Shown here piece after piece: positions 17,536 to 25,681 of a stretch of 26,132 bases of DNA (positions within the stretch are counted from its first letter, which is position 1; every line of letters begins with the position of its first letter). Position numbers and translations under genes: made by a program. The stretch lies in the IMG/VR virus record IMGVR_UViG_2529292735_000025; one strand, 5' to 3'. The DNA is from a virus (Duplodnaviria; Heunggongvirae; Uroviricota; Caudoviricetes). Below the pieces are notes generated by a model, which worked only from the letters and a program-made list of their open reading frames with translations, had not been told where the DNA came from and did not search any database.

Positions 17536-17680
17536 CCCGGAGACGAACGGCGATTTAAGTGCCGATATCCGACAGCTTGAGAACGCGCTGGCACGCTGTG
17601 CCAGCCAGGTAAAAATGATTAAACACTGTCAGGACGAAAACGATGCTCAAACCCGACAGCCTGCGCAGGGCGCTGACTGA
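17390..17680 (+). CDS. lysC: Spanin outer-membrane lipoprotein (Rz1-like), LysC
   Basis: Lipoprotein signal with lipobox LCAGC, proline-rich; embedded in and extending past lysB. Confidence 0.7.
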   Translation: MKTKIFAAGTALACLMLCAGCTSARPAPTPVIVANACPKVSLCPMPGSDPETNGDLSADIRQLENALARCASQVKMIKHCQDENDAQTRQPAQGAD

Positions 17681-18110
17681 TGCCGTCACGGTGCTGAAAA
17701 CCAGTCCCGAGATGCTGCGGATATTCGTGGATAACGGGAGTATTGCCTCCACACTGGCGACGTCGCTGTCATTCGAAAAGCGTTACACGCTCAACGTGAT
17801 TGTGACCGACTTTACCGGTGATTTTGACCTGCTCATCGTGCCGGTGCTGGCGTGGCTGCGGGAAAATCAGCCAGACATCATGACCACCGACGCAGGCCAG
17901 AAAAAGGGCTTCACGTTTTATGCAGACATCAACAATGACAGCAGCTTTGATATCAGCATCAGTCTGATGCTGACCGAGCGCACGCTGGTCAGTGAGGTGG
18001 ACGGCGCACTGCATGTGAAGAATATCCCGGAACCTCCGCCGCCGGAGCCGGTCACCCGCCCGGTGGAGCTTTATATCAATGGTGAACTGGTGAGCAAGTG
18101 GGATGAATGA
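17643..18110 (+). CDS. R: Tail completion protein R (155 aa)
   Basis: Length and order match P2 R. Confidence 0.8.
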   Translation: MLKPDSLRRALTDAVTVLKTSPEMLRIFVDNGSIASTLATSLSFEKRYTLNVIVTDFTGDFDLLIVPVLAWLRENQPDIMTTDAGQKKGFTFYADINNDSSFDISISLMLTERTLVSEVDGALHVKNIPEPPPPEPVTRPVELYINGELVSKWDE

Positions 18111-18555
18111 GTTTAAGCGTTTTGAAGACCGGCTGACCGGACTGATTGAGTCGCTGTCACCGTCAGGGCGTCGGCGACTGAGTGCCGAACTGGCAAAACG
18201 TCTGCGACAGAGTCAGCAGCGTCGGGTGATGGCACAGAAAGCCCCGGACGGCACACCCTACGCGCCACGCCAGCAGCAGAGCGCCAGAAAAAAGACTGGT
18301 CGTGTTAAGCGAAAAATGTTTGCGAAACTTATTACCAGTCGTTTTTTGCATATCCGCGCCAGCCCGGAGCAGGCATCAATGGAATTTTACGGCGGGAAGT
18401 CGCCGAAAATCGCCAGTGTGCATCAGTTCGGTCTGTCGGAAGAAAACCGGAAAGACGGTAAGAAAATTGATTATCCGGCGCGTCCTCTGCTCGGCTTTAC
18501 CGGTGAGGATGTGCAGATGATTGAAGAGATTATCCTGGCTCACCTTGAGCGTTAG
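18103..18555 (+). CDS. S: Tail completion protein S (150 aa)
   Basis: Length and order match P2 S. Confidence 0.8.
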   Translation: MNEFKRFEDRLTGLIESLSPSGRRRLSAELAKRLRQSQQRRVMAQKAPDGTPYAPRQQQSARKKTGRVKRKMFAKLITSRFLHIRASPEQASMEFYGGKSPKIASVHQFGLSEENRKDGKKIDYPARPLLGFTGEDVQMIEEIILAHLER

Positions 18556-18585
18556 TTTTATCCAGACAGAGGCTGATGCGCAATT

Positions 18586-18620
18586 AAACATTGAGCGGCC
18601 ATGCTGGTCGCTCAATGTTT
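18586..18620. terminator. Perfect 12-bp inverted repeat AAACATTGAGCG / CGCTCAATGTTT between convergent S and the accessory gene; candidate bidirectional terminator
   Basis: Arms at 18586-18597 and 18609-18620 with an 11-nt loop, lying between two convergent stop codons. Confidence 0.5.
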
Positions 18621-18626
18621 AGAGGT

Positions 18627-19385
18627 TTATGAGTGATTTTTATTTGATGCTTTGTATTCTAAAACCTTCTTATTGGCGTAAAAGAATTTTGTATATGACA
18701 GGAATATAACCAGACCTGAAGTGAAATAGACGAGGGATAGTATTAATAATGCTTTTTTGTGACTGTTATTATCTTTAATCTCCTGGCTTAACCATTCGGA
18801 GTCCTCCTCGTTTAGCTGTAAGAGCTTATTGCAGGCGATTTCAGGAAGTGTGTCTTTTATAAATACGTTTTGCAGTCTCTTGCAATCGGCAAGGCTATAA
18901 GTTTTATTAAATTCAACTGCTTTATTTTTGAAGGATAAAAGAACTTTGTCACTATAAACATAGTACATCATATTTTTATATGGTATGCCTATGGCATCTC
19001 TTACTATAGCGGATTGTTTGTTGTGTATATAACATGCGAAGAGAATATAAATAATACTGGCCAGAATTACAATTATTGTTTTAATTATGTGTGGTGGTTT
19101 TGTTATGTCACCCCAGATGCGAGTAAGGAAAAAATACGATGTTTTTAGTTTTCCATCAATCAGTCCCTGCTGTATCATTCTCACATTTTCAATGCCTGAT
19201 ACATTGATTCCGTTAATTATTTTAAATAGTTGAATGTCGCGCCACTCGCGGTCAAGTCTTTTTAATTTTTTGTCTGAATATCCAAAATTGAAATAATGTG
19301 CAATAAGCCTCATAAGGTTACTTTTACCAAAGCTAAAAAATGCTAATACTGCAAAGCTACAAAGGAAAAAACGATTAGCCCCCAC
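18627..19385 (-). CDS. AT-rich accessory (moron) gene encoding a predicted membrane protein of unknown function
   Basis: 252-aa ORF (GTG start as called by the track), opposite in orientation to the flanking tail genes and much lower in GC. Two strongly hydrophobic helices (IIKTIIVILASIIYILFACYI; ALLILSLVYFTSGLVIFLSY). The likely native start is ATG 19411 with an AAGGAG Shine-Dalgarno, in another frame (see findings). Confidence 0.7.
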   Translation of the reverse strand: MGANRFFLCSFAVLAFFSFGKSNLMRLIAHYFNFGYSDKKLKRLDREWRDIQLFKIINGINVSGIENVRMIQQGLIDGKLKTSYFFLTRIWGDITKPPHIIKTIIVILASIIYILFACYIHNKQSAIVRDAIGIPYKNMMYYVYSDKVLLSFKNKAVEFNKTYSLADCKRLQNVFIKDTLPEIACNKLLQLNEEDSEWLSQEIKDNNSHKKALLILSLVYFTSGLVIFLSYTKFFYANKKVLEYKASNKNHS

Positions 19386-19494
19386 ACATTAGTCACATTA
19401 TAGCTGACCATTACGCTCTCCTTGAATGTTGTCTGGTAGTTCTACAAATGAATCCAGATAGCATAACTTTTATATATTGTGCAATCTCACATGC

Positions 19495-20130
19495 ATGAAC
19501 ACTCTCGCAAATATTCAGGAACTCGCGCGCGCACTGCGCAACATGATTCGCACCGGCCTTGTCGTCGAAACCGACCTTAACGCCGGTCGCTGCCGTGTGC
19601 AGACCGGCGGCATGTGCACCGACTGGCTTCAGTGGCTGACCTGTCGTGCCGGGCGTTCGCGCACATGGTGGGCACCTTCCGTGGGAGAGCAGGTGCTGAT
19701 TCTGGCCGTGGGCGGTGAACTTGACACGGCGTTTGTTCTGCCGGGGATTTATTCCGGCGATAACCCCGCGCCGTCTGCGTCGGCGGATGCCCTGCATATC
19801 CGTTTCCCTGACGGGGCGGTGATTGAGTATGAACCCGAAACCAGTGCACTCACGGTAAGCGGAATTAAAACGGCCAGCGTGACGGCTTCTGATTCTGTTA
19901 CTGCCACGGTGCCGGTGGTCATGGTGAAAGCGTCAACCCGCATCACCCTGGACACACCGGAGGTGGTCTGCACCAACAGGCTGATTACCGGCACGCTGGA
20001 AGTGCAGAAGGGCGGGACGATGCGCGGCAACATTGAACACACCGGCGGTGAACTCTCATCAAACGGTAAGGTACTGCATACCCATAAACACCCCGGCGAC
20101 AGCGGCGGCACAACCGGGAGTCCTCTATGA
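19495..20130 (+). CDS. V: Baseplate spike/assembly protein V (211 aa)
   Basis: Length and order match P2 V; start at ATG 19495 (MNTLANIQ). Confidence 0.85.
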   Translation: MNTLANIQELARALRNMIRTGLVVETDLNAGRCRVQTGGMCTDWLQWLTCRAGRSRTWWAPSVGEQVLILAVGGELDTAFVLPGIYSGDNPAPSASADALHIRFPDGAVIEYEPETSALTVSGIKTASVTASDSVTATVPVVMVKASTRITLDTPEVVCTNRLITGTLEVQKGGTMRGNIEHTGGELSSNGKVLHTHKHPGDSGGTTGSPL

Positions 20131-20474
20131 CAGCGCGTTATCTCGGAATGAATCGCAGTGATGGCCTGACTGTCACTGACCTTGAGCATATCAGCCAGAG
20201 TATCGGCGATATCCTGCGCACGCCGGTCGGCTCACGGGTGATGCGTCGTGATTACGGCTCGTTGCTGGCGTCAATGATTGACCAGCCGCAGACCCCGGCG
20301 CTTGAGTTGCAGATTAAGGTCGCCTGTTACATGGCCGTGCTGAAATGGGAACCCCGCGTCACCCTGTCATCCGTCACCACGGCGCGCAGTTTTGACGGGC
20401 GAATGACGGTCACGTTAACCGGTCAGCACAACGACACCGGCCAGCCACTTTCGTTAACCATCCCTGTGAGTTGA
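20127..20474 (+). CDS. W: Baseplate protein W (gp25-like), 115 aa
   Basis: Length and order match P2 W; translational coupling to V. Confidence 0.85.
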   Translation: MTARYLGMNRSDGLTVTDLEHISQSIGDILRTPVGSRVMRRDYGSLLASMIDQPQTPALELQIKVACYMAVLKWEPRVTLSSVTTARSFDGRMTVTLTGQHNDTGQPLSLTIPVS

Positions 20475-20478
20475 AACC

Positions 20479-21387
20479 ATGCCGATTATCGACCTGAACC
20501 AGCTACCCGCACCGGATGTGGTCGAGGAGCTGGACTTTGAAACCATTCTTGCCGAACGCAAGGCGACACTGATTTCCCTTTACCCGGAAGACCAGCAGGA
20601 GGCGGTCGCCCGTACCCTGACGCTGGAATCTGAGCCTCTCGTCAAACTGCTGGAGGAAAATGCTTATCGTGAGCTTATCTGGCGTCAGCGTGTGAATGAG
20701 GCTGCACGGGCGGTGATGCTGGCCTGTGCCGCCGGTAATGACCTTGATGTGATTGGTGCCAATTACAACACCACACGCCTGATTATCACCCCGGCAGATG
20801 ATTCGACCCTCCCGCCGACACCGGCCGTGATGGAATCTGACACCGATTATCGTCTGCGTATTCAGCAGGCGTTTGAAGGTTTAAGCGTCGCCGGGTCGGT
20901 GGGGGCCTATCAGTATCATGGTCGAAGTGCCGACGGGCGTGTCGCAGATATCTCTGTCACCAGTCCTTCTCCGGCCTGCGTCACCATCTCTGTGCTGTCA
21001 CGTGAAAATAACGGTGTGGCATCCGAAGACCTGCTGGCGGTGGTGCGCAACGCCCTTAATGGTGAGGACGTCAGACCGGTGGCCGACCGCGTGACCGTGC
21101 AGTCTGCCGCCATCGTTGAATACCAGATAAACGCCACGCTTTACCTTTACCCTGGCCCCGAAAGCGAACCCATCCGCGCTGCTGCCGTGAAAAAACTGGA
21201 AGCGTACATCACGGCACAACACCGGCTGGGGCGTGACATCCGTCTGTCTGCCATTTATGCCGCTTTGCATGTGGAAGGCGTGCAGCGTGTCGAGCTGGCC
21301 GCACCACTGGCCGACATCGTGCTCAACAATACGCAGGCGTCTTTCTGTACCGAATACCGCGTCGTGACCGGAGGCTCGGATGAGTGA
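20479..21387 (+). CDS. J: Baseplate assembly protein J (302 aa)
   Basis: Length and order match P2 J. Confidence 0.85.
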   Translation: MPIIDLNQLPAPDVVEELDFETILAERKATLISLYPEDQQEAVARTLTLESEPLVKLLEENAYRELIWRQRVNEAARAVMLACAAGNDLDVIGANYNTTRLIITPADDSTLPPTPAVMESDTDYRLRIQQAFEGLSVAGSVGAYQYHGRSADGRVADISVTSPSPACVTISVLSRENNGVASEDLLAVVRNALNGEDVRPVADRVTVQSAAIVEYQINATLYLYPGPESEPIRAAAVKKLEAYITAQHRLGRDIRLSAIYAALHVEGVQRVELAAPLADIVLNNTQASFCTEYRVVTGGSDE

Positions 21388-21910
21388 TTCGCGACTGCTG
21401 CCGACCGGCTCATCACCGCTTGAAGTTGCCGCCGCAAAAGCCTGTGCGGAAATTGAAAAGACACCGGTCAGTATTCGTGAGCTGTGGAACCCGGATACCT
21501 GTCCGGCAAATCTGCTGCCGTGGCTGGCGTGGGCGTTTTCGGTCGACAGGTGGGATGAAAAGTGGCCGGAAGCGACAAAACGCGCCGTTATCCGCGATGC
21601 CTATTTCATCCACTGTCATAAAGGCACTATCGGCGCAATCCGGCGTGTGGTGGAGCCGCTCGGCTATCTCATCAACGTGACGGAGTGGTGGGAAAACAGT
21701 GACCCGCCCGGCACCTTCCGCCTTGATATTGGTGTACTGGAAAGCGGTATCACAGAGGCAATGTATCAGGAAATGGAACGGCTGATTGCTGATGCCAAAC
21801 CTGCAAGCCGTCACCTTATTGGTCTGAACATTACCCGGGACATTCCCGGCTACCTGTTCGCCGGTGGTGTGGCTTATGACGGCGATGTAATTACGGTTTA
21901 CCCCGGATAA
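21380..21910 (+). CDS. I: Baseplate protein I (176 aa)
   Basis: Length and order match P2 I; overlaps the J stop. Confidence 0.85.
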   Translation: MSDSRLLPTGSSPLEVAAAKACAEIEKTPVSIRELWNPDTCPANLLPWLAWAFSVDRWDEKWPEATKRAVIRDAYFIHCHKGTIGAIRRVVEPLGYLINVTEWWENSDPPGTFRLDIGVLESGITEAMYQEMERLIADAKPASRHLIGLNITRDIPGYLFAGGVAYDGDVITVYPG

Positions 21911-21920
21911 GTGAGGAATA

Positions 21921-24170
21921 ATGAGCACAAAATTCAGAACCGTTATCACCACTGCTGGTGCAGCAAAGCTGGCAGCGGCAACCGCGCCGGGAGGGCGGAA
22001 GGTCAACATTACCACGATGGCCGTCGGGGATGGCGGTGGTAAATTGCCTGTCCCGGATGCCGGACAGACCGGGCTTATCCACGAAGTCTGGCGACATGCG
22101 CTGAACAAAATCAGCCAAGACAAACGAAACAGTAATTATATTATCGCAGAGCTGGTTATTCCGCCGGAGGTGGGCGGTTTCTGGATGCGTGAGCTTGGCC
22201 TGTACGATGATGCTGGAACGTTAATTGCCGTGGCGAACATGGCTGAAAGTTATAAGCCAGCTCTTGCCGAAGGCTCAGGGCGTTCGCAGACCTGCCGCAT
22301 GGTCATCATCGTCAGCAGTGTGGCCTCAGTGGCGCTGACCATTGACACCACAACGGTGATGGCAACGCAGGATTACGTTGATGACAAAATTGCAGAACAT
22401 GAACAGTCACGACGTCACCCGGACGCCTCGCTGACCGCCAAAGGTTTTACTCAGTTAAGCAGTGCGACCAACAGCACGTCTGAAACACTCGCCGCAACAC
22501 CAAAAGCGGTAAAAGCAGCATATGACCTTGCTAACGGGAAATACACTGCACAGGACGCCACCACAGCGCGAAAAGGCCTTGTCCAGCTCAGTAGTGCCAC
22601 CAACAGCACGTCTGAAACGCTCGCCGCAACACCAAAAGCGGTAAAAGCAGCATATGACCTTGCTAACGGGAAATACACTGCACAGGACGCCACCACCGCG
22701 CGAAAAGGCCTTGTCCAGCTCAGTAGCGCCACCAACAGCGATTCTGAAACGCTTGCGGCAACGCCAAAGGCGGTTAAGACAGCGTATGACCTTGCTAACG
22801 GGAAATACACTGCACAGGATGCCACCACAGCGCGAAAAGGTCTTGTCCAGCTCAGTAGCGCCACCAACAGTGATTCTGAAACGCTGGCTGCAACACCAAA
22901 AGCGGTGAAGTCTGCCTATGACAATGCTGAAAAACGTCTTCAGAAAGATCAGAACGGTGCGGATATTCCTGATAAAGGACGCTTCCTGAGTAACATTAAT
23001 GTTTACAGCAAAGGTGAAGTGGATAAGAAAAAGGGAATGCGAAAGTATTCGTTTGCAGCCCCTGCAAATGTCGTTGCCGGGAAGTGGTATCCCGTTATCT
23101 TTCGCCGTGCTGCCAGCCTTTCAGGAGAAATGGCATCCCGCGTCGTTATTTCAACTGGTTGTTATAACGGCGATTATGTAATGAATAACTGCGAGTTTAA
23201 TGGCATGGTTATGCCCGGAGGCTGGACCGATCGTGGTTCATATGCGGCAGGTTATTTCTGGACGTATCAGACTAATGAGCGTTCAATCCATTCCATTGTT
23301 ACAAGCCTGAAAGATGATGATGTATGTAGTGTTTTTTATGTTGAAGCCAGAGCTTTCCCTGTACAAATTCTTGCAGAGGAAGGGCTAACGGTTATTGTTC
23401 CGACAGAGGATTATGTCGTCGGTCAAACGACATATAAGTGGGGGGCAACTAATCCCGCTACAGAAAGCACGAACGCACAGGCTATTCTGGATTTTAAAAA
23501 TGGGCGCGGTTATTACTGCTCACATCCATTTATTTCCAGCCTTTCAGGAAATGCTGCAACAGCAACGAAGTTAGCGAATGCAAGAAATATTAATGGTGTC
23601 AGATTTGATGGTTCTGCCGATATAAATATTAATACACTGGTATCCAGAAACCGTGTTACTGCATTAGGTGGGAGCTCAAAGGGTACACCAGGTATTCAGA
23701 TGTATGAGGCATACAACAATGGCTACCCAACAGCCTATGGTAATGTGCTTCATCTCACTGGCGTAACCGCAGTAGGAGAGGGTGAGTTACTTATTGGCTG
23801 GAGTGGAACCAGCGGTGCTCATGCTCCGGCATATATTCGCTCCCGACGAGATACCACAGATGCTAACTGGTCTGGATGGGCGCAACTATATACAACTGCT
23901 CATAAACCCTCAGCGGGAGATGTTGGTGCATACACCAAAGCTGAGTCAGATTCACGTTATGTGAGAGACATGCGACTGGGCGGTGCATCTACATATAAAC
24001 CAGCAAATAATGGTACTACATGGACGCATCAGGCTCCGTCAGGTTGCGTATATACCGGCATTATTGTTCAGGATACCGGCTCAAACTCTGCCGATAACAT
24101 TGGTGGCGTATATTACAGGCCGGTGCAGAAATACATTAACGGGACATGGTATAACGTGGCGCAGGTATAA
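21921..24170 (+). CDS. H: Tail fibre protein H (749 aa) with tandem fibre repeats and a mosaic C-terminal receptor-binding region
   Basis: Conserved N-terminus for baseplate attachment, 44-aa tandem repeats (QLSSATNS.SETLAATPKAVKAAYDLANGKYTAQDATTARKGLV), and an AT-richer C-terminal portion containing a second fibre motif (GNAATATKLANARNINGVRFDGSADINI). Confidence 0.85.
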   Translation: MSTKFRTVITTAGAAKLAAATAPGGRKVNITTMAVGDGGGKLPVPDAGQTGLIHEVWRHALNKISQDKRNSNYIIAELVIPPEVGGFWMRELGLYDDAGTLIAVANMAESYKPALAEGSGRSQTCRMVIIVSSVASVALTIDTTTVMATQDYVDDKIAEHEQSRRHPDASLTAKGFTQLSSATNSTSETLAATPKAVKAAYDLANGKYTAQDATTARKGLVQLSSATNSTSETLAATPKAVKAAYDLANGKYTAQDATTARKGLVQLSSATNSDSETLAATPKAVKTAYDLANGKYTAQDATTARKGLVQLSSATNSDSETLAATPKAVKSAYDNAEKRLQKDQNGADIPDKGRFLSNINVYSKGEVDKKKGMRKYSFAAPANVVAGKWYPVIFRRAASLSGEMASRVVISTGCYNGDYVMNNCEFNGMVMPGGWTDRGSYAAGYFWTYQTNERSIHSIVTSLKDDDVCSVFYVEARAFPVQILAEEGLTVIVPTEDYVVGQTTYKWGATNPATESTNAQAILDFKNGRGYYCSHPFISSLSGNAATATKLANARNINGVRFDGSADININTLVSRNRVTALGGSSKGTPGIQMYEAYNNGYPTAYGNVLHLTGVTAVGEGELLIGWSGTSGAHAPAYIRSRRDTTDANWSGWAQLYTTAHKPSAGDVGAYTKAESDSRYVRDMRLGGASTYKPANNGTTWTHQAPSGCVYTGIIVQDTGSNSADNIGGVYYRPVQKYINGTWYNVAQV
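22452..22925 (+). repeat. About 3.5 tandem copies of a 132-bp (44-codon) in-frame repeat inside H
   Basis: Near-identical 132-bp units beginning around 22452, 22584, 22716 and 22848, visible in both the nucleotide sequence and the translation. Confidence 0.85.
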
Positions 24171-24173
24171 TTT

Positions 24174-24282
24174 ATGCAGCATTTAAAAAATATTACGGCG
24201 GGTAATCCAAAAACGGTTGAACAATATCAATTGACAAAGAACTTTGATGTTGTCTGGTTTTTTCAGAAGATGGTAAGAACTG
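24174..24282 (+). pseudogene. G: Tail fibre assembly gene G, disrupted (N-terminal fragment; continues at 25619-25681 after IS2)
   Basis: [28 protein letters not shown] is the typical G N-terminus. The reading frame shifts inside a T6 run (24258-24263), IS2 is inserted at 24283, and the remaining G sequence (SEDGKNWYEE...TIKIAYDKDN) is cut again by an IS66-type end at 25682. Confidence 0.7.
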
Positions 24283-24373
24283 TAGACTGGCCCCCTGAAT
24301 CTCCAGACAACCAATATCACTTAAATAAGTGATAGTCTTAATACTAGTTTTTAGACTAGTCATTGGAGAGCAG

Positions 24374-24739
24374 ATGATTGATGTCTTAGGACCGGAGAAA
24401 CGCAGACGGCGTACTACACAGGAAAGATCGCTATTGTTCAGCAGAGTTTTGAACCGGGAATGACGGTCTCCCTTGTTGCCCGGCAACACGGTGTGGCAGC
24501 CAGCCAGTTATTCTCTGGCGCAAGCAATACCAGGAGGGAAGTCTTACTGCTGTGGCCGCAGGAGAGCAGGTCGTTCCTGCCTCTGAACTTGCTGCTGCCA
24601 TGAAGCAGATTAAAGAACTCCAGCGCCTGCTACGGACAAAAAAACGATGGAAAATGAACTCCTTAAAGAAGCCGTTGAATACGGGCGTGCAAAAAAGTGG
24701 ATAGCGCACGCGCCCTTATTGCCCGGGGATGGGGAGTAA
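24374..24739 (+). pseudogene. insC: IS2 orfA (insC), frame-disrupted in at least three places
   Basis: Segments of the recognisable InsC protein ([17 protein letters not shown] / [29 protein letters not shown] / [31 protein letters not shown] / [31 protein letters not shown]) are found in three different frames; net frame change is zero. Confidence 0.7.
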
Positions 24740-25602
24740 GCTTAGTCAGCCGTTGTCTCCGGGTGTCGCGTGCGCAGTTGCACGTAATTCTCAGACGAAC
24801 CGATGACTGGAAAGATGGTCGCCGCAGCCGTCACTCAGATGATACGGATGTGCTTCTCCGTATACACCATGTTATCGGAGAGCTGCCCACGTATGGTTAT
24901 CGTCGGGTATGGGCGCTGCTTCGCAGACAGGCCGAACTTGATGGTATGCCTGCGATCAATGCCAAACGTGTTTACCGGATCATGCGCCAGAATGCGCTGT
25001 TGCTTGAGCGAAAAACCGCTGTACCGCCATCGAAACGGGCACATACTGGCAAAGTGGCCGTGAAAGAAAGCAATCAACGATGGTGCTCTGACGGGTTCGA
25101 GTTCCGCTGTGATAACGGAGAAAAACTGCGAGTCACGTTCGCGCTGGACTGCTGTGACCGTGAGGCACTGCACTGGGCAGTCACTACGGGCGGCTTCGAC
25201 AGTGAAACAGTACAGGACGTAATGCTGGGAGCGGTGGAACGCCGCTTCGGCAACGAGCTTCCGGCGTCTCCAGTAGAGTGGCTGACGGATAATGGTTCAT
25301 GCTACCGGGCTAATGAAACACGGCAGTTTGCCCGGATGTTGGGGCTTGAACCGAAGAACACGGCGGTGCGGAGTCCGGAGAGTAACGGCATAGCAGAGAG
25401 CTTCGTGAAAACGATAAAGCGTGACTACATCAGTATCATGCCTAAACCAGACGGGTTAACGGCAGCAAAGAACCTTGCAGAGGCGTTCGAGCATTATAAC
25501 GAATGGCATCCGCATAGTGCACTGGGTTATCGCTCGCCACGGGAATATCTGCGGCAGCAGGCCAGTAATGGGTTAAGTGATAACAGGTGTCTGGAAATAT
25601 AG
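24697..25602 (+). CDS. insD: IS2 transposase orfB (InsD, DDE catalytic domain), 301 aa
   Basis: Full-length 301-aa ORF closely resembling E. coli IS2 InsD as recalled; normally expressed as an InsCD fusion by -1 frameshifting. Confidence 0.85.
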
Positions 25603-25681
25603 GGGCAAATCCAAACTGGTACGAAGAACAAAAGTATTTTGCTGATGACACGATAAAAATAGCGTACGACAAAGATAATAT

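Larger units (their letters stand above)
24283..25613 (+). mobile_element. IS2 (IS3 family), complete 1331-bp copy flanked by a 5-bp target duplication AACTG
   Basis: Ends TAGACTGGCCCC... and ...GGGGCAAATCCA; length 1331 bp; AACTG at 24278-24282 and 25614-25618; intact orfB-length ORF; A6G slippery site near the end of orfA. Confidence 0.9.

Noticed and set aside
21413-22123. 236-aa minus-strand ORF spanning the I-H junction
   Set aside because: Antisense to two syntenic baseplate and fibre genes.
22451-22867. 138-aa minus-strand ORF inside the H repeat array
   Set aside because: Antisense to a well-supported tail-fibre gene and itself internally repetitive; it is a by-product of the tandem repeats.
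22452-22925. Tandem repeats considered as a possible CRISPR array
   Set aside because: 132-bp period, in-frame within H, no unique spacers; these are protein-coding fibre repeats.
24193-24709. Two minus-strand ORFs (98 and 92 aa) inside IS2
   Set aside because: Antisense to the IS2 orfA/orfB region; no known IS2 product is encoded on that strand.
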